DNA from: Thermoanaerobaculia bacterium
Lineage (GTDB): Bacteria > Acidobacteriota > Thermoanaerobaculia > Multivoradales > Multivoraceae
Length of the DNA stretch: 64,000 nucleotides
NCBI GenBank assembly: GCA_963664405.1
Contig: OY761158.1
Location: forward strand, 554,038 to 618,037
Direction of reading: 5' to 3'
Below the pieces are notes generated by a model that was not told the DNA's origin, made no database searches, and saw only the letters and a list, made by a program, of their open reading frames with translations. A program made the translations under genes and the position numbers. Within the stretch, counting starts at the first letter, position 1; each line of letters starts with the position of its first letter. This document shows positions 18,434-29,276 of this stretch, in pieces.

Positions 18434-19480
18434 TCAGAACGAAGAGGGCGCGATCGTCACCTTCGCCGGCGCTCCTACTTCTTCTCGCACCAAACGCGGT
18501 ACTAGGTAACCCGGCAGCCGTCGGGCGAGCTCCCTGTGGAGCGCGACGGCCTCAACCTCGCCAACGTGAAAGTGAGCGGCCCCTGCCACTCGATCCAGGA
18601 GATGAAGGTAATAAGGCGAAACGCCGGCACCAAACAAGACATCACTCAGCTCACAAAGAGTGTCGGCAGAGTCGTTGACCCCGCGCAGAAGAACGGATTG
18701 ATTGAGCACCGGGATCCGGCAGTCCCCGATTGCCCGTAGAGCCCGCGTCACATCTTCGTCGATCTCCCGAGGATGATTGCTGTGCACCACGACCACCGAC
18801 TCCAAACGGGAGTCTTGCAGCAGTCGAAGAAGGCCGACTCCCACTCGTTCGGGAGCAACAACGGGCCAGCGCGTATGCAGCCGAAGTCGCTCGAGGTGAG
18901 GAATCGCAGCCAAGCGCGCCTCGAGCTCCCGCAGCGCCGCATCGGGCAGCGAAAGCGGATCTCCTCCGCTCAAGATCACTTCTCGAATGCTGCTGTCGCC
19001 CTCGATGTAGCTCAGTGCCCGGTCCAGCCGCTGCCCCTGAGCGCGCTGGTCTTCGTAGGGGAAGTGACGCCGGAAGCAATATCTGCAGTGCACCGGGCAC
19101 GCTCCGGTAACCACCAGGAGAACGCGGCCGTGGTACTTGTGCAAGAGGCCAGGAACCGGTGAGCTCGCTTCCTCAGCGAGCGGGTCATCTACGTACCCCT
19201 CAATCTCATCGGTCTCCTCTGCAGCCGGGGCAACCTGCCGAAGTAGCGGATCCTCAGGATCCCCCGCCTTCATTCGCGCCGCGAACGCATGCGGCACTCG
19301 TACAGGGAACTGCTTTGCTGCCGCTCTTGCGCCGCCGGCCGTAAAACTCTCAGCCGCTTCCCCGAGATCGAGCAGCTCGACAAGCTCTTCGGCCGAGCGC
19401 ACAGAAGCCGCGAAAGCGGTACGCCAATCCTCTTCGCCCCACGAGACCAAAGTCTGGGATGCGAGCTTCGATTCCACCAT
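18434..19480 (-). CDS. epmB: EF-P beta-lysylation protein EpmB (lysine 2,3-aminomutase family, radical SAM)
   Basis: [11 protein letters not shown] radical-SAM cluster. KamA-family layout. Divergent from efp. Confidence 0.85.
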   Translation of the reverse strand: MVESKLASQTLVSWGEEDWRTAFAASVRSAEELVELLDLGEAAESFTAGGARAAAKQFPVRVPHAFAARMKAGDPEDPLLRQVAPAAEETDEIEGYVDDPLAEEASSPVPGLLHKYHGRVLLVVTGACPVHCRYCFRRHFPYEDQRAQGQRLDRALSYIEGDSSIREVILSGGDPLSLPDAALRELEARLAAIPHLERLRLHTRWPVVAPERVGVGLLRLLQDSRLESVVVVHSNHPREIDEDVTRALRAIGDCRIPVLNQSVLLRGVNDSADTLCELSDVLFGAGVSPYYLHLLDRVAGAAHFHVGEVEAVALHRELARRLPGYLVPRLVREEVGAPAKVTIAPSSF

Positions 19481-19591
19481 CAGGCTCCGATTCTACGCCT
19501 CTGTGCTCGGCCCGCGCTCTGCCTGAAGCCGCGCTGCTATCATGCAACGCCGCCAAAGCTGCAGTACGCCAGAGCCGATCCTGGAGCCAGC

Positions 19592-20161
19592 ATGCCAACC
19601 TACAGCACCAACCAGTTCAAAAACGGTCTCAAGATCCTCATCGGCGGCGACCCTTGCTCGATCGTCGAAACCGAGTTCGTCAAGCCGGGCAAGGGGCAAG
19701 CCTTCACCCGCATCAAGTACAAGAATATGAAGAGTGGCCGGGTGGTCGAGCGCACCTTCAAATCGGCGGAGACGATCGAAGGCGCCGACGTTGTCGAGAC
19801 CGACATGCAGTTCCTCTATCGCGACGGCGAGGGCTGGAACTTCATGGATCCGGAGAGCTACGAGCAGGTCAGCGCGAGCGAGACCGCGGTCGGTGAGACC
19901 GCCAATTGGATCAAGGAGGAAGACGTCTGCACGGTAACCCTCTGGAACGGCGCGCCGATGATAGTCGCGGCGCCAAACTTCGTTTCCCTCGAGATCACCG
20001 AAACCGACCCTGGGCTCAAGGGCGACACCTCGAGCGGCGGCCAGAAGCCGGCTACGATGGAGACCGGGGCGGTCGTTCGTGTGCCTCTCTTCCTCCAGAT
20101 CGGCGACCTCATCAAGATCGATACCCGCACCGGTGACTACGTCTCACGGGCCAAAGAGTGA
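19592..20161 (+). CDS. efp: Translation elongation factor P
   Basis: [45 protein letters not shown] with the modifiable Lys in PGKGQAF. The longest ORF starts at 19289. Confidence 0.95.
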   Translation: MPTYSTNQFKNGLKILIGGDPCSIVETEFVKPGKGQAFTRIKYKNMKSGRVVERTFKSAETIEGADVVETDMQFLYRDGEGWNFMDPESYEQVSASETAVGETANWIKEEDVCTVTLWNGAPMIVAAPNFVSLEITETDPGLKGDTSSGGQKPATMETGAVVRVPLFLQIGDLIKIDTRTGDYVSRAKE

Positions 20162-21116
20162 CTGGCGTCCGCTTGCGGACACCCAGACTCTGAGGGCGAG
20201 AGCGGAGCTCCTCCGCGAGCTGCGAGCCTTTTTTTCCGCACGCGGGGTCCTCGAGGTCGAGACCCCCCAGCTGGTGAGTCACGCGACCACCGACACTCAT
20301 CTCGCCTCCTTCGCCACCCGATTCAGCGGCCCGGGCGCCCACGATGGGCAGGAGCTGTATCTCAGTACCTCGCCCGAGCTCGCCATGAAGCGGCTTCTGG
20401 CGGCAGGAAGCGGTCCCATCTTTCAGATTTGCCGGGCCTTCCGTAACGGCGAGAAAGGCCGCCGTCACAACCCCGAGTTCACCATTCTCGAGTGGTACCG
20501 CCCCGGCCTCGATCACATCGCCCTGATGGCGGAGATAGAAGAGCTACTCGCCGTCGCTCTGGGCGTCGACCGCTGCGATCGCATCACCTACCAAGCAGTC
20601 TTCGAGGAGGAGCTCGGTGTGTCACCACACCAAACCAGCGTGGCATTGCTTGAAGAAGTAGCCGCCGATCGCGACCTATCGCTCTCATCGTTCGCCGACG
20701 TTGACGAAGGCCTCCAGTTCCTCCTCGCGGAGGTGATTGAGCCGAGCCTCGGAATCGATCGGCCGATCTTTGTGTACGACTATCCGGTGAGCCAGGCGGC
20801 GTTGGCCCGCATCCGCTCCGACACGCCTCCGGTGGCCGAGAGGTTCGAGGTCTACTTCAAGGGTGTCGAGCTAGCCAACGGCTTTCACGAGCTCGCCGAC
20901 GCCGAAGAGCAGCGCCGGCGATTCGAAGACGACCGGGCGAGCCGAGAGCGCAGGGGGCTTCCGATTCCACAGCTCGACGAAGCCTTCCTCGACGCTCTCG
21001 ACTTCGGGCTGCCGCAGTGCGCCGGCGTAGCGCTCGGCCTCGATCGTCTCCTCATGCTCCAAATCGGCGCAGACACTATTGAAGAAGTCCTAGCCTTTCC
21101 CCTCTGCAGGGCCTGA
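20133..21116 (+). CDS. epmA: EF-P--(R)-beta-lysine ligase EpmA (class II LysRS paralog)
   Basis: [60 protein letters not shown]. The GTG at 20133 gives an N-terminal length like EpmA. ATG 20079 is also possible. Confidence 0.85.
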   Translation: MTTSHGPKSDWRPLADTQTLRARAELLRELRAFFSARGVLEVETPQLVSHATTDTHLASFATRFSGPGAHDGQELYLSTSPELAMKRLLAAGSGPIFQICRAFRNGEKGRRHNPEFTILEWYRPGLDHIALMAEIEELLAVALGVDRCDRITYQAVFEEELGVSPHQTSVALLEEVAADRDLSLSSFADVDEGLQFLLAEVIEPSLGIDRPIFVYDYPVSQAALARIRSDTPPVAERFEVYFKGVELANGFHELADAEEQRRRFEDDRASRERRGLPIPQLDEAFLDALDFGLPQCAGVALGLDRLLMLQIGADTIEEVLAFPLCRA

Positions 21117-21221
21117 GCCGGGCTTTCCGCTCGGCCGCTTCGGCCCCCTAAACCACTCGCACCACGAAGTGATTCCCGAGAACCCCTGGGGCGAACGCGA
21201 AGCTCGGCTAAACTCGGCGAC

Positions 21222-22466
21222 GTGACGAAGGCCTCAATCGAGCTCAAGGTCATCAACGAGCTGTCGGCGATCCCGCAGAAATCATGGGATCGCCTCCGGC
21301 CGCCCGATGGCAACCCTTTCCTTTCCTGGAGCTTTCTCGAAGCGCTGGAGCGCTGCGGTTGCGCCTCCGCGAGCCGGGGCTGGTGGCCTTGCCACCTCAC
21401 GGCGTGGCAAGAGGGCGAGCTCATCGCCGCCGCTCCCGCTTATGTCAAGGGAGACAGCTCGGGTGACTTCTCGCGCGATTGGGGGCTGCCCGACTCAGCC
21501 GCGAGAGAAGGCGTCTCCTACTATCCGAAACTCGTGATCGGCGTTCCCTTCAGCCCGGTCACCGGCAGGCGGGTCTTGCTCCGCGAAGGCTACGACCGGC
21601 CGGAGGTCACTCGCTGGCTCCTGGCCCTGGCTCGTGAGCTCTGCCAACACTCCAAGCTCTCTACGATTCAGGTGCTCTACCATCATCCAGATGAGGTTGA
21701 CGCCTTTGCCAGCGCCGGCCTCAGTTGTCGTGTCCTGGTGCAGTATCACTGGCGCAACCGTGGTTACTCGGACTTCGCGGAGTGGCTGACGGCACTACCG
21801 GCAAAGAAGCGTACCCAGATACGACGCGAGAGCAAGGAGCCCGGTCGACAGGGAATCTCGATTCGTACTATCCGCGATGACGAGATGAGCGCCGAATCCG
21901 AAAACTGGGCCGACATCGCCTGGAGCCTCTACCAAGCGAACTCCCGCAAGCACTACTGGGGAGGCACCTACCTCAACCACGAGTTCTTCTCACATCTCTT
22001 CCGCACGATGCCAGACCAGGCGGAGTTGGTCATTGCCGAAAGGGAAGGTCGCACGATCGCCGGCGCAATCAACCTCGCCTCCCAGACTCACCTCTTCGGA
22101 CGTTACTGGGGATGCCTCGAAGAGCACCGATTCCTCCATTTCAACGTGGGTCTCTACCATTCCATCGCCGAATGCATCGCGCACTCGAGGCAGGTCTTCG
22201 AAGGAGGAGCTGGGGGCGAGCACAAATTGGCTCGCGGCTTCGACCCCACCCTCGTCTACACCGGCTATCTCTTCCTCGACGAGGCCTTCCACGACGCAGT
22301 GAGCCGTTACTTCAGCGCAGAAACTGCGTCGCGAGAACAAGAACTGGGCCGTTGGCACGCTCAGAAGAAAGCACGAGCAGCTTCGCCTACCGCCGAAGCC
22401 CAAGGCATGCGAAAACAGTCACGCGGGATCTGGTTTCCCACCGGCTTTGCGATCGTGAAAAAATGA
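21222..22466 (+). CDS. FemAB-like GNAT-fold protein (DUF482 family)
   Basis: SWDRLRPPDGNPFLSWSFLEALERCGCAS...WWPCHL...AAPAYVKGDSSGDFSRDWG. 414 aa. Confidence 0.8.
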   Translation: MTKASIELKVINELSAIPQKSWDRLRPPDGNPFLSWSFLEALERCGCASASRGWWPCHLTAWQEGELIAAAPAYVKGDSSGDFSRDWGLPDSAAREGVSYYPKLVIGVPFSPVTGRRVLLREGYDRPEVTRWLLALARELCQHSKLSTIQVLYHHPDEVDAFASAGLSCRVLVQYHWRNRGYSDFAEWLTALPAKKRTQIRRESKEPGRQGISIRTIRDDEMSAESENWADIAWSLYQANSRKHYWGGTYLNHEFFSHLFRTMPDQAELVIAEREGRTIAGAINLASQTHLFGRYWGCLEEHRFLHFNVGLYHSIAECIAHSRQVFEGGAGGEHKLARGFDPTLVYTGYLFLDEAFHDAVSRYFSAETASREQELGRWHAQKKARAASPTAEAQGMRKQSRGIWFPTGFAIVKK

Positions 22467-22822
22467 GCCTGAAGCGCAAGGGAGATGCGGAGAGCCAAGT
22501 TCTTCCGCGAACTCGCACCAAAAAGAAGCTCAAGAGGCCACCACTCTACAAAGTCCTCTTCCACAATGACGATTACACACCGATGGAGTTCGTCGTATTG
22601 CTGCTGACCTCTATCTTCGGCCGCTCGGAGGTCGAGGCGACAGAAATCATGCTTCACGTCCACAACAATGGCCTGGGAGTCGCGGGCATCTACCCCTTCG
22701 CCATCGCCGAGACCAAGGTCACTGAGGCCTCGGCGGCGGCGGAAAAATCGCAGTACCCCCTGTTGGTGACGATGGAGCCGGCTGACGACGGCGAGGACGC
22801 GGAGGGCCCTTCTTCTTCATGA
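22463..22822 (+). CDS. clpS: ATP-dependent Clp protease adaptor ClpS
   Basis: PPLYKVLFHNDDYTPMEFVVLLLTSIFGRSEVEATEIMLHVHNNGLGVAGIY. ATGA overlap with the upstream stop. Confidence 0.92.
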   Translation: MSLKRKGDAESQVLPRTRTKKKLKRPPLYKVLFHNDDYTPMEFVVLLLTSIFGRSEVEATEIMLHVHNNGLGVAGIYPFAIAETKVTEASAAAEKSQYPLLVTMEPADDGEDAEGPSSS

Positions 22823-25107
22823 ACATCACCGACGAGCTACGCGCGACTCTCGAGTCCGCATTCGACGAGGCAAGGGCCCGGCGCCATGAGTACGTGACCC
22901 TCGAGCATCTCCTCCTCGCGCTGTGCGGGAGCTTAGAAGGCCTCACCATTTTCAAGGCCACCGGCGTCAGCGTTGATGATCTGCTGGAAGACATCGAAGG
23001 CTACCTCCAAGAGAACTTCGCCGCCGTCCCCAACGAAGACGAGCTCGAGCCTCGCCAAACGGTTGCCTTCTGGCGGGTTCTGCAGCGGGCGGCGATGCAC
23101 GTTCAAAGCTCTGGGAAGGGTGAGATCGGCGCCGGCAATGTGCTCGCGTCGATTTTCCGCGAGGAAGAATCCCACGCCGTCTATCTGCTCAAGAAGTACG
23201 GGCTGACCCGGCTCGACATCACCCGCTATCTGTCGCACGGCGTGGCCAAGCCACAGGCCCTCGAGTCTCGGTCATCAAGCGATCCGGACAGCGAAAGCGA
23301 CGGCGAAGAAGTGTTCGAGGACGAAGTCGCTGAAGACCCGCTCGAGGCCTTCACCACCGACTTGGTGGAGCGCGCATCACGAGGCGGAATCGACCCCCTC
23401 GTGGGCAGGAAGAACGAGCTCCTGCTGGTCAGCCAAACCCTCGCGAGGCGGCGCAAGAACAATCCTGTCCTGGTCGGTGACCCGGGCGTTGGCAAGACAG
23501 CGATTATCGAGGGACTGGCTCTTGCCATCCTCGAGGGCAACGTGCCCGACTTTCTCAGTGACGCTCGAATCTACTCTCTCGATATGGGCGCGGTGCTGGC
23601 AGGAACTCGCTATCGGGGCGACTTCGAAGAGCGCCTCAAAGCCGTCATCCAGGCGATCGTGGAGCAACCGAAGTCGATCCTCTTCATCGACGAGATCCAC
23701 ACCATTGTCGGCGCCGGAGCGACCAGTGGCGGAACTCTCGATGCTTCTAACCTGCTCAAGCCCGCCTTGGCGTCGGGCGAGCTACGGTGTATCGGCTCGA
23801 CCACCTATTCCGAGTTCAAAGCTTCCTTCCAAAGGGATCGTGCCCTGGCGCGGCGCTTCGAGAGAATCGACATCGACGAGGCTTCGGTCGACGACTCGAT
23901 CAAAGTCCTCAAGGGCCTACGTGATCGCTACGAGGATCACCACGAAGTCCGCTACGAGAACGCGGCACTGACCACTGCGGCGGAGCTCGCGGCCAAGTAC
24001 ATCAACGAGCGGCGCCTGCCCGACAAGGCGATCGACGTCATCGACCAGGCAGGAGCCGCCAATCGTCTCCTACCCAAGAGCCGCCGCAAGAAGAGACTCA
24101 ACTCCTCGGACATCGAGGCCATCGTCGCCAAGCTCGCACAGATCCCGGAAAAGAACATTTCGCGCTCCGACAAGGAGGCGCTCGGCGAGCTCGAGAAGGA
24201 GCTCAAGAAGGTCATCTTTGGACAAGACAAGGCGATCGACACCCTTGCCGGCGCGATCAAGCTCTCCCGGGCCGGTCTAGGGCCAGAGGAGCGACCGATC
24301 GGCTCCTTCTTGTTCTCAGGCCCTACTGGAGTCGGGAAGACCGAATTGGCCAAGCAGCTCGCCGAGGCGATGGGCATCCGCTTCATTCGCTTCGACATGT
24401 CGGAGTACATGGAGAGGCACACCGTCTCGAGGCTCATCGGCGCGCCTCCCGGCTATGTGGGTTTCGACCAGGGCGGGCTTCTGACCGATGCCGTCCGTCG
24501 CACTCCACACGCCGTGCTCTTGCTTGACGAGATCGAGAAGGCGCACCCGGACGTCTTCAACATTCTGTTGCAGGTAATGGACCACGCAACCCTCACCGAC
24601 AACAACGGCAACAAGGCGGACTTCCGCCACGTCATTCTGTTGATGACCACCAATGCCGGAGGGCGCGAGCTCACCTCCGGCGGCCTCGGCTTCGCCGGCT
24701 CCACCACTTCCACAAGAGTGAAGTCCCAGGAATCTATCGAGCGATTCTTCAGTCCGGAATTTCGCAACCGGCTCGACGCATGGGTCGTCTTCGAGCCACT
24801 CGAAGGCGATTCGGTGACTCTCATCGTCGACAAACTGATCGCGGAGCTCAAGCAGCAGTTGGTCGCAAAGAAAGTAGAGATCGAGCTCAGCGAAGCGGCC
24901 AGGCGTTGGCTCGCAGAAAAGGGCTACGACGCCAGCTTCGGTGCTCGACCCATGAGTCGGCTGATCGAGCGCGAGATCAGGCGCCCCCTGGTCGATAAGA
25001 TCCTGTTCGGAGAGCTGGAGAACGGGGGAACTCTGCGCATCGAGGCGCCGGCCGAAGAGGGAGAAGAAGAGCATCTAGTTCTGGTAGCGGAGCCGGTAGC
25101 GAGTTGA
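22819..25107 (+). CDS. clpA: ATP-dependent Clp protease ATP-binding subunit ClpA
   Basis: Two AAA+ modules ([25 protein letters not shown]). Clp N-domain. 762 aa. Overlaps the clpS stop. Confidence 0.95.
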   Translation: MNITDELRATLESAFDEARARRHEYVTLEHLLLALCGSLEGLTIFKATGVSVDDLLEDIEGYLQENFAAVPNEDELEPRQTVAFWRVLQRAAMHVQSSGKGEIGAGNVLASIFREEESHAVYLLKKYGLTRLDITRYLSHGVAKPQALESRSSSDPDSESDGEEVFEDEVAEDPLEAFTTDLVERASRGGIDPLVGRKNELLLVSQTLARRRKNNPVLVGDPGVGKTAIIEGLALAILEGNVPDFLSDARIYSLDMGAVLAGTRYRGDFEERLKAVIQAIVEQPKSILFIDEIHTIVGAGATSGGTLDASNLLKPALASGELRCIGSTTYSEFKASFQRDRALARRFERIDIDEASVDDSIKVLKGLRDRYEDHHEVRYENAALTTAAELAAKYINERRLPDKAIDVIDQAGAANRLLPKSRRKKRLNSSDIEAIVAKLAQIPEKNISRSDKEALGELEKELKKVIFGQDKAIDTLAGAIKLSRAGLGPEERPIGSFLFSGPTGVGKTELAKQLAEAMGIRFIRFDMSEYMERHTVSRLIGAPPGYVGFDQGGLLTDAVRRTPHAVLLLDEIEKAHPDVFNILLQVMDHATLTDNNGNKADFRHVILLMTTNAGGRELTSGGLGFAGSTTSTRVKSQESIERFFSPEFRNRLDAWVVFEPLEGDSVTLIVDKLIAELKQQLVAKKVEIELSEAARRWLAEKGYDASFGARPMSRLIEREIRRPLVDKILFGELENGGTLRIEAPAEEGEEEHLVLVAEPVAS

Positions 25108-25334
25108 AACGGGCCTGGGCGTTAAAGAGCCTGGACCTGTCGAGCACAATGTGGCAAAATCGCCCGCCTGGGAACGTCCACGTGCCCAGGTAGATAGCAA
25201 CTGAGGATTGAACTCATCGCAACGATCTCCGGCCTCCGCTCCTCATCTCACTTCCACTAAGGTAGGGCCTCCTTTCGAGCGGGTCGTGGTACGCGAGCAG
25301 AAGCCGGCAAGACGTAAGCGAACGGAGGAGTCAG

Positions 25335-25934
25335 TTGAACTACACCGGACCCAAAATCAGGCTTTCGCGCAAGCTCGGCATCTCCCTGACGCCGAAGGCC
25401 GATAAGTATCTAGAGAAGAAGCCGTACCCGCCCGGCGCCCATGGTTTTCGCCGGCGTCGGCGCTTGAGCCCTTATGGGACCCAGCTGATCGAAAAGCAGC
25501 GGCTTCGCTTTCAGTACAACGTGACTGAGCGCCAGATGCGCAACTACTTCGCCCGAGCCGCTCGGCGCAAGGGAACAACCGGTGACACCTTGGTACAGAT
25601 GCTCGAAAGCCGCCTCGACGCTCTCGTGCTTCGCGCTCGCCTCGCTCGCACGATCTATCAGGCGCGTCAGGTAGTGACCCATCGGCACATCCTGGTCAAC
25701 GGCAAGATTGCCAAGAGCCCTGCCTACCAATTGCGCCCCGGTGACACCGTCTCGGTGAAGGAGTCGAGCCGCAAGCTTCGCTGCTTCAACGAAGGGGTGA
25801 TGACTACTGCGCTGCCGCCCTATTTGAGTGTCGACGACACCGGCTACACCGCAGAGCTCTCCTATGCGCCTCCGCGCAACGAAGTGCCGGTCGTCTGCGA
25901 CGTGCAGCTCGTCGTAGAGTTCTACAGCCGTTAG
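25335..25934 (+). CDS. rpsD: 30S ribosomal protein S4
   Basis: NYTGPKIRLSRKLGISL...YGTQLIEKQRLRFQYNVTERQMRNYF, S4 domain. TTG start with GGAGGAG upstream. Confidence 0.95.
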   Translation: MNYTGPKIRLSRKLGISLTPKADKYLEKKPYPPGAHGFRRRRRLSPYGTQLIEKQRLRFQYNVTERQMRNYFARAARRKGTTGDTLVQMLESRLDALVLRARLARTIYQARQVVTHRHILVNGKIAKSPAYQLRPGDTVSVKESSRKLRCFNEGVMTTALPPYLSVDDTGYTAELSYAPPRNEVPVVCDVQLVVEFYSR

Positions 25935-25944
25935 GCCGCGCTCG

Positions 25945-26703
25945 CTACGGTTTCACTAGGCGACGGGCTGCGATGACAGCCTTCATCGCCAGCTGTGTAT
26001 CTGTGCCTACGGGCAAGAATCGCCAGCCCTCGGCGGCGCGGCGCGCAGCTTCCTCGGGGCCGGCGGTGAAGATCCCCGGCGCCACGCCGTGCCTCTGACA
26101 ACCCTCGAGTACCTGGGTGCAGAGCGCTTGATGGCCTGGGTCGGGATGATCCGCCCGCGGCGGCAAGCCCATGTCCAAAGCCAGGTCCGTAGGACCGATC
26201 ATCACTCCGTCAATCCCCTCTACCGAGAGAATTTCATCGATCCTTTCGACTGCGGCTACCGTCTCGATCTGGATGATGCAAGCGATCTCGTCGTTGGCGT
26301 GGGCCGCATAGTCGCGCCCGCCGTAGAGCGCACCGCGCCAAGGGCCAAAGCCTCTCTGCCCGACCGGCGGGTATCGGCAGGCGGCCACCGCCTGCTGTGC
26401 TTCTTCCCGGGTGTTCACCCAAGGAATGACCACACCGTAGGCACCGGCATCGAGGACGCGCTTGATCTCGACCGCATCGTTCCACTGCACGCGAGCCAGG
26501 GGGATCACGTCTGTGGTCGAGATCGCTTGAAACATCTGCACCATGGTCGGAAGGTCCACAGGACTGTGCTCGCCATCCACCAATAGCCAGTCGAATCCGA
26601 CCGACGCGATCTGCTCGGTGAGAAGGGGGCTACAGGAGCCCAGCCATACGCCGAAGGCCGGCTTGCCCTCTTTCCACAGTTGCTTCACTACGTTGGGGCG
26701 CAT
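25945..26703 (-). CDS. HpcH/HpaI-family aldolase
   Basis: FDWLLVDGEHSP...VIPLARVQWND...IETVAAVERIDEILSVEGIDGVMIGPTDLA. Confidence 0.85.
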   Translation of the reverse strand: MRPNVVKQLWKEGKPAFGVWLGSCSPLLTEQIASVGFDWLLVDGEHSPVDLPTMVQMFQAISTTDVIPLARVQWNDAVEIKRVLDAGAYGVVIPWVNTREEAQQAVAACRYPPVGQRGFGPWRGALYGGRDYAAHANDEIACIIQIETVAAVERIDEILSVEGIDGVMIGPTDLALDMGLPPRADHPDPGHQALCTQVLEGCQRHGVAPGIFTAGPEEAARRAAEGWRFLPVGTDTQLAMKAVIAARRLVKP

Positions 26704-26761
26704 ACCAGCATTCTCCTTCTTGTCTCTATGGGTGGGGGCGAATCATAGAATACTCTGCCTA

Positions 26762-26922
26762 GTGTCCCGTGCGGGAAGTTCGTTGCCATTCGAGCGCCGA
26801 TGCATCCCGCTGGGCGGCGTTGCTCCTCGTCGACAGAGTCCCAGCTATGCCTGCCTCGGAGCGCCTTGCCCAGCGGGCGCCTCGACGCTCTCGGTGGTCA
26901 ACGAACTTCCCACACGGGACAC
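26762..26922 (-). repeat. TA-flanked palindromic element, copy H4 (core on minus strand)
   Basis: 24-bp arms GTGTCCCGTGCGGGAAGTTCGTTG / CAACGAACTTCCCACACGGGACAC. The single mismatch is C-A on the plus strand, which is a G-U wobble on the minus strand. Minus-strand core CAAGGCGCTCCGAGGCAGGCATAGCTGGGACTCTGTCGACGAGGAGCAACG. TA at 26760-61 and 26923-24. Confidence 0.75.
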
Positions 26923-26954
26923 TAGCGACAAAGGAGACACGCAGGATCCGGCGA

Positions 26955-27257
26955 GTGGTCGCAGTCAAGCTCAAAGAGGCCTACTCCAACCCTGATGATC
27001 GCGCCGTGGCGGCGGGTCACACGCGAGAGGTCCTGGCAGCGGCGCCCGGAGTTCGCGAAATCGAGGTCGACACTCCAGCCGACGCCACCACGGAGCGGTC
27101 TTGGGACTTGCTGATCCTGCTCAGCTTCGACAGCATGACTGCTGTCGAAGAGTACCGAGCTCATCCGCTGCATCGCCAATACCTGGATGTCTTCCTGAGA
27201 CCCATGCTCGAAGTGATCAAAGTCTGGAACTTCGAGCAGCTCGAGACCCCGTACTAG
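26955..27257 (+). CDS. Dabb-family (stress-responsive alpha/beta barrel) protein
   Basis: VVAVKLKEAY...WDLLILLSFDSMTAVEEYRAHPLHRQYLDVFLRPMLEVIKVWNFE. The 5' extension of the track ORF (26769-) lies inside repeat H4. Confidence 0.75.
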   Translation: MVAVKLKEAYSNPDDRAVAAGHTREVLAAAPGVREIEVDTPADATTERSWDLLILLSFDSMTAVEEYRAHPLHRQYLDVFLRPMLEVIKVWNFEQLETPY

Positions 27258-27264
27258 GCGCTCC

Positions 27265-27669
27265 TTACTTCAAAGGCCTCCCACGCTGCACGAACTGAAG
27301 CGGCGCACCTTCGGGATCGCGGAAGAACAACAACTTGTTCTCACCCATCGTCGCCGGCTCTCCCTCCATCTCGACCCCTGCGGCTGCCAGCCCGGCTACG
27401 GCTTCATCCATGTCTTCCACATCGAACGCCAAATGGACGTGAGCGGTACTGATGTCGCCCAGCTGCGCTGTGTCACCCGCGGGCATGGGAATGATCTCGA
27501 TAAAACCGGTCCCGGCTGGGTCCTTGAGAAAAAAGATATGCGCTCCGATCGTCGGATGCACAAATTTCACAGCGACTTCAAACCCCAGTACGTCGCAGTA
27601 CCACTGCGCTGCCGCATCCGTGTCTCGATAAGCCACAGCAACGTGCTCCAGCGAGCCGATCTTGATCAT
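27265..27669 (-). CDS. VOC-family (glyoxalase/dioxygenase fold) protein
   Basis: MIKIGSLEHVAVAYRDTDAAAQWYCDVLGFEV...HVHLAFDVEDMDEAVAGL. Confidence 0.8.
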   Translation of the reverse strand: MIKIGSLEHVAVAYRDTDAAAQWYCDVLGFEVAVKFVHPTIGAHIFFLKDPAGTGFIEIIPMPAGDTAQLGDISTAHVHLAFDVEDMDEAVAGLAAAGVEMEGEPATMGENKLLFFRDPEGAPLQFVQRGRPLK

Positions 27670-27864
27670 CAGGGACTCCTTTTCAAAGTGCTCTTCGGAG
27701 CCCGAGAGACTAGCACGCCAAGACTGCGACAAGCTGAGCTCCAGTCGCTTCAAATTCAGATAGCGCCATCCCCTCGCAAAACCCATCAAAGAGCGCTGAA
27801 AGTGTTTTCAGCGAGGGTTCTGCCCCCCGAGCGCGTCTAAGGGGGTAGGAAGGGAGAATGATCG

Positions 27865-28461
27865 ATGAACATGTTGAATCCCTCGAGTACGTTGGTTTCG
27901 CGAAGTCAGACGAGGCCGGCCGAGAGGCGCAAGCTCTGGCGCAAGCGGGGTAGAAATATCCGTGGGCTCGCCTTCGACTCCTCAGGAGGTCGTCTGTGTA
28001 TCGGTTTCCGTACTCCCCTGTTCGACGACAAAGCTCTGTTGGTCGCACTCGAACGTCGCCGGCGAGCCTTCATGGGCATGAAGGAGCGCGACCCCCAAAA
28101 CGAGCTGGTGCTTCTCGATCTCGACGGTGACGGCATCCGTGACCTAGCTCACTGCTCTAGTCTCGGAGGCTGGCTCATACTCAGCCAACGCGAGGCCCAG
28201 AAGCGCCGGCGCTGCAAGCTATGGCTGTGGAGCGGCGATCCGTCCGCCAGACCCAAGAGAGTGCGGGTTAGCGGCAGCGACCATCTCGACCGGGCCGAGG
28301 GGATTACACCCTTGACGCTCGCCGGCAAGCAGAAGCTCCTGCTCGGAAGAGGCGATGCTGACTTGGTTCACCAACCCGGAGCAAAGGGTCGCATTATAGA
28401 CTTCAGCGAGCTACGAGTCGAAAGCGAGGAGTCGGCTCAGAGACAAGCCGCCGGTCTATGA
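27865..28461 (+). CDS. Hypothetical protein (DUF3616-like segment, possibly N-terminally truncated)
   Basis: NIRGLAFDSSGGRLCIGFRTPLFDDKALLVALE resembles DUF3616 proteins. The assignment is weak. Confidence 0.4.
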   Translation: MNMLNPSSTLVSRSQTRPAERRKLWRKRGRNIRGLAFDSSGGRLCIGFRTPLFDDKALLVALERRRRAFMGMKERDPQNELVLLDLDGDGIRDLAHCSSLGGWLILSQREAQKRRRCKLWLWSGDPSARPKRVRVSGSDHLDRAEGITPLTLAGKQKLLLGRGDADLVHQPGAKGRIIDFSELRVESEESAQRQAAGL

Positions 28462-28473
28462 GAGTCAGCGGCC

Positions 28474-29196
28474 TCAGCCAAGGTGGCGGCGTAGGAGAGC
28501 ATGCACTCGCTCCCAGTGCAGTTCGGAGGCCGCCCGGTTGTAGCGCTCACCCCCCGGCGCGTACCCGTGAAGAGCCTCCTCCAACCAATCGAGAGTGTAG
28601 GTGATGCCGGCCGCATCGAGGGCCTCGCGCATCACCGGCACGTGCTCGGCGGGCGCGGTCGGATCGTTGTCACACCAACCGAAGTAAACCTCGGCCTTGA
28701 CCGAGTCCAGGCCCAGATGCGGCGAGTCGGGCGTGTCCCTAACCAGCCAAGCGCCGTGAATCGAAGCCACGGCCGCGACTCGTTCGGGCATAGCTCTGGC
28801 CAGGGAGATCACTAGGCCGCCGCTCATACAGAAACCGACGGCCCCAATCTTCCCGCCCGCAGCCGCCGGGTCATCGCCCGCCACTGCCAAGAGCGCTTCG
28901 GCGTCGCTGATGATGTTGGTGGGTGTCACCGTCCCCATCAGATCTCTTCTAACGTGCATATCCTCGTCACTTTGACCGAACTCTCGGAACGGCCCGCCGC
29001 GGTAAAACAGGTACGGCATCATCACGTAGTACCCGGCGCTAGCGAGTCGCGAGGCCATCTCCTTGAGGGCGGGTCGGATGCTGGGGGCGTCCATCAAGTA
29101 GAGCACGACCGGGTGCGGCCCTCCGTGCTCGGGGTGGTAGATGAAGGTCTTCATATCGCCTTCGGTTGTCGTGATATCCAGCTCGCGGTCAATCAT
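28474..29196 (-). CDS. Dienelactone hydrolase family protein
   Basis: VVLYLMDAPSIRPALKEMASRLASAGYYVMMPYLFYR...GAVGFCMSGG nucleophile elbow. Confidence 0.85.
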   Translation of the reverse strand: MIDRELDITTTEGDMKTFIYHPEHGGPHPVVLYLMDAPSIRPALKEMASRLASAGYYVMMPYLFYRGGPFREFGQSDEDMHVRRDLMGTVTPTNIISDAEALLAVAGDDPAAAGGKIGAVGFCMSGGLVISLARAMPERVAAVASIHGAWLVRDTPDSPHLGLDSVKAEVYFGWCDNDPTAPAEHVPVMREALDAAGITYTLDWLEEALHGYAPGGERYNRAASELHWERVHALLRRHLG

Positions 29197-29276
29197 GCCG
29201 TCATCATCTCATGTGCAGATCGTAAAGACAGGCCGCTGCCAATCAAGAGAAACGTCGATGTTAGTGTTCGCCGAAT

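Noticed and set aside
26769-26954. N-terminal 62 codons of track ORF 26769-27257
   Set aside because: This stretch lies entirely inside palindromic element H4 and has no similarity to Dabb proteins. The conserved domain starts at VVAVKLKE (26955).
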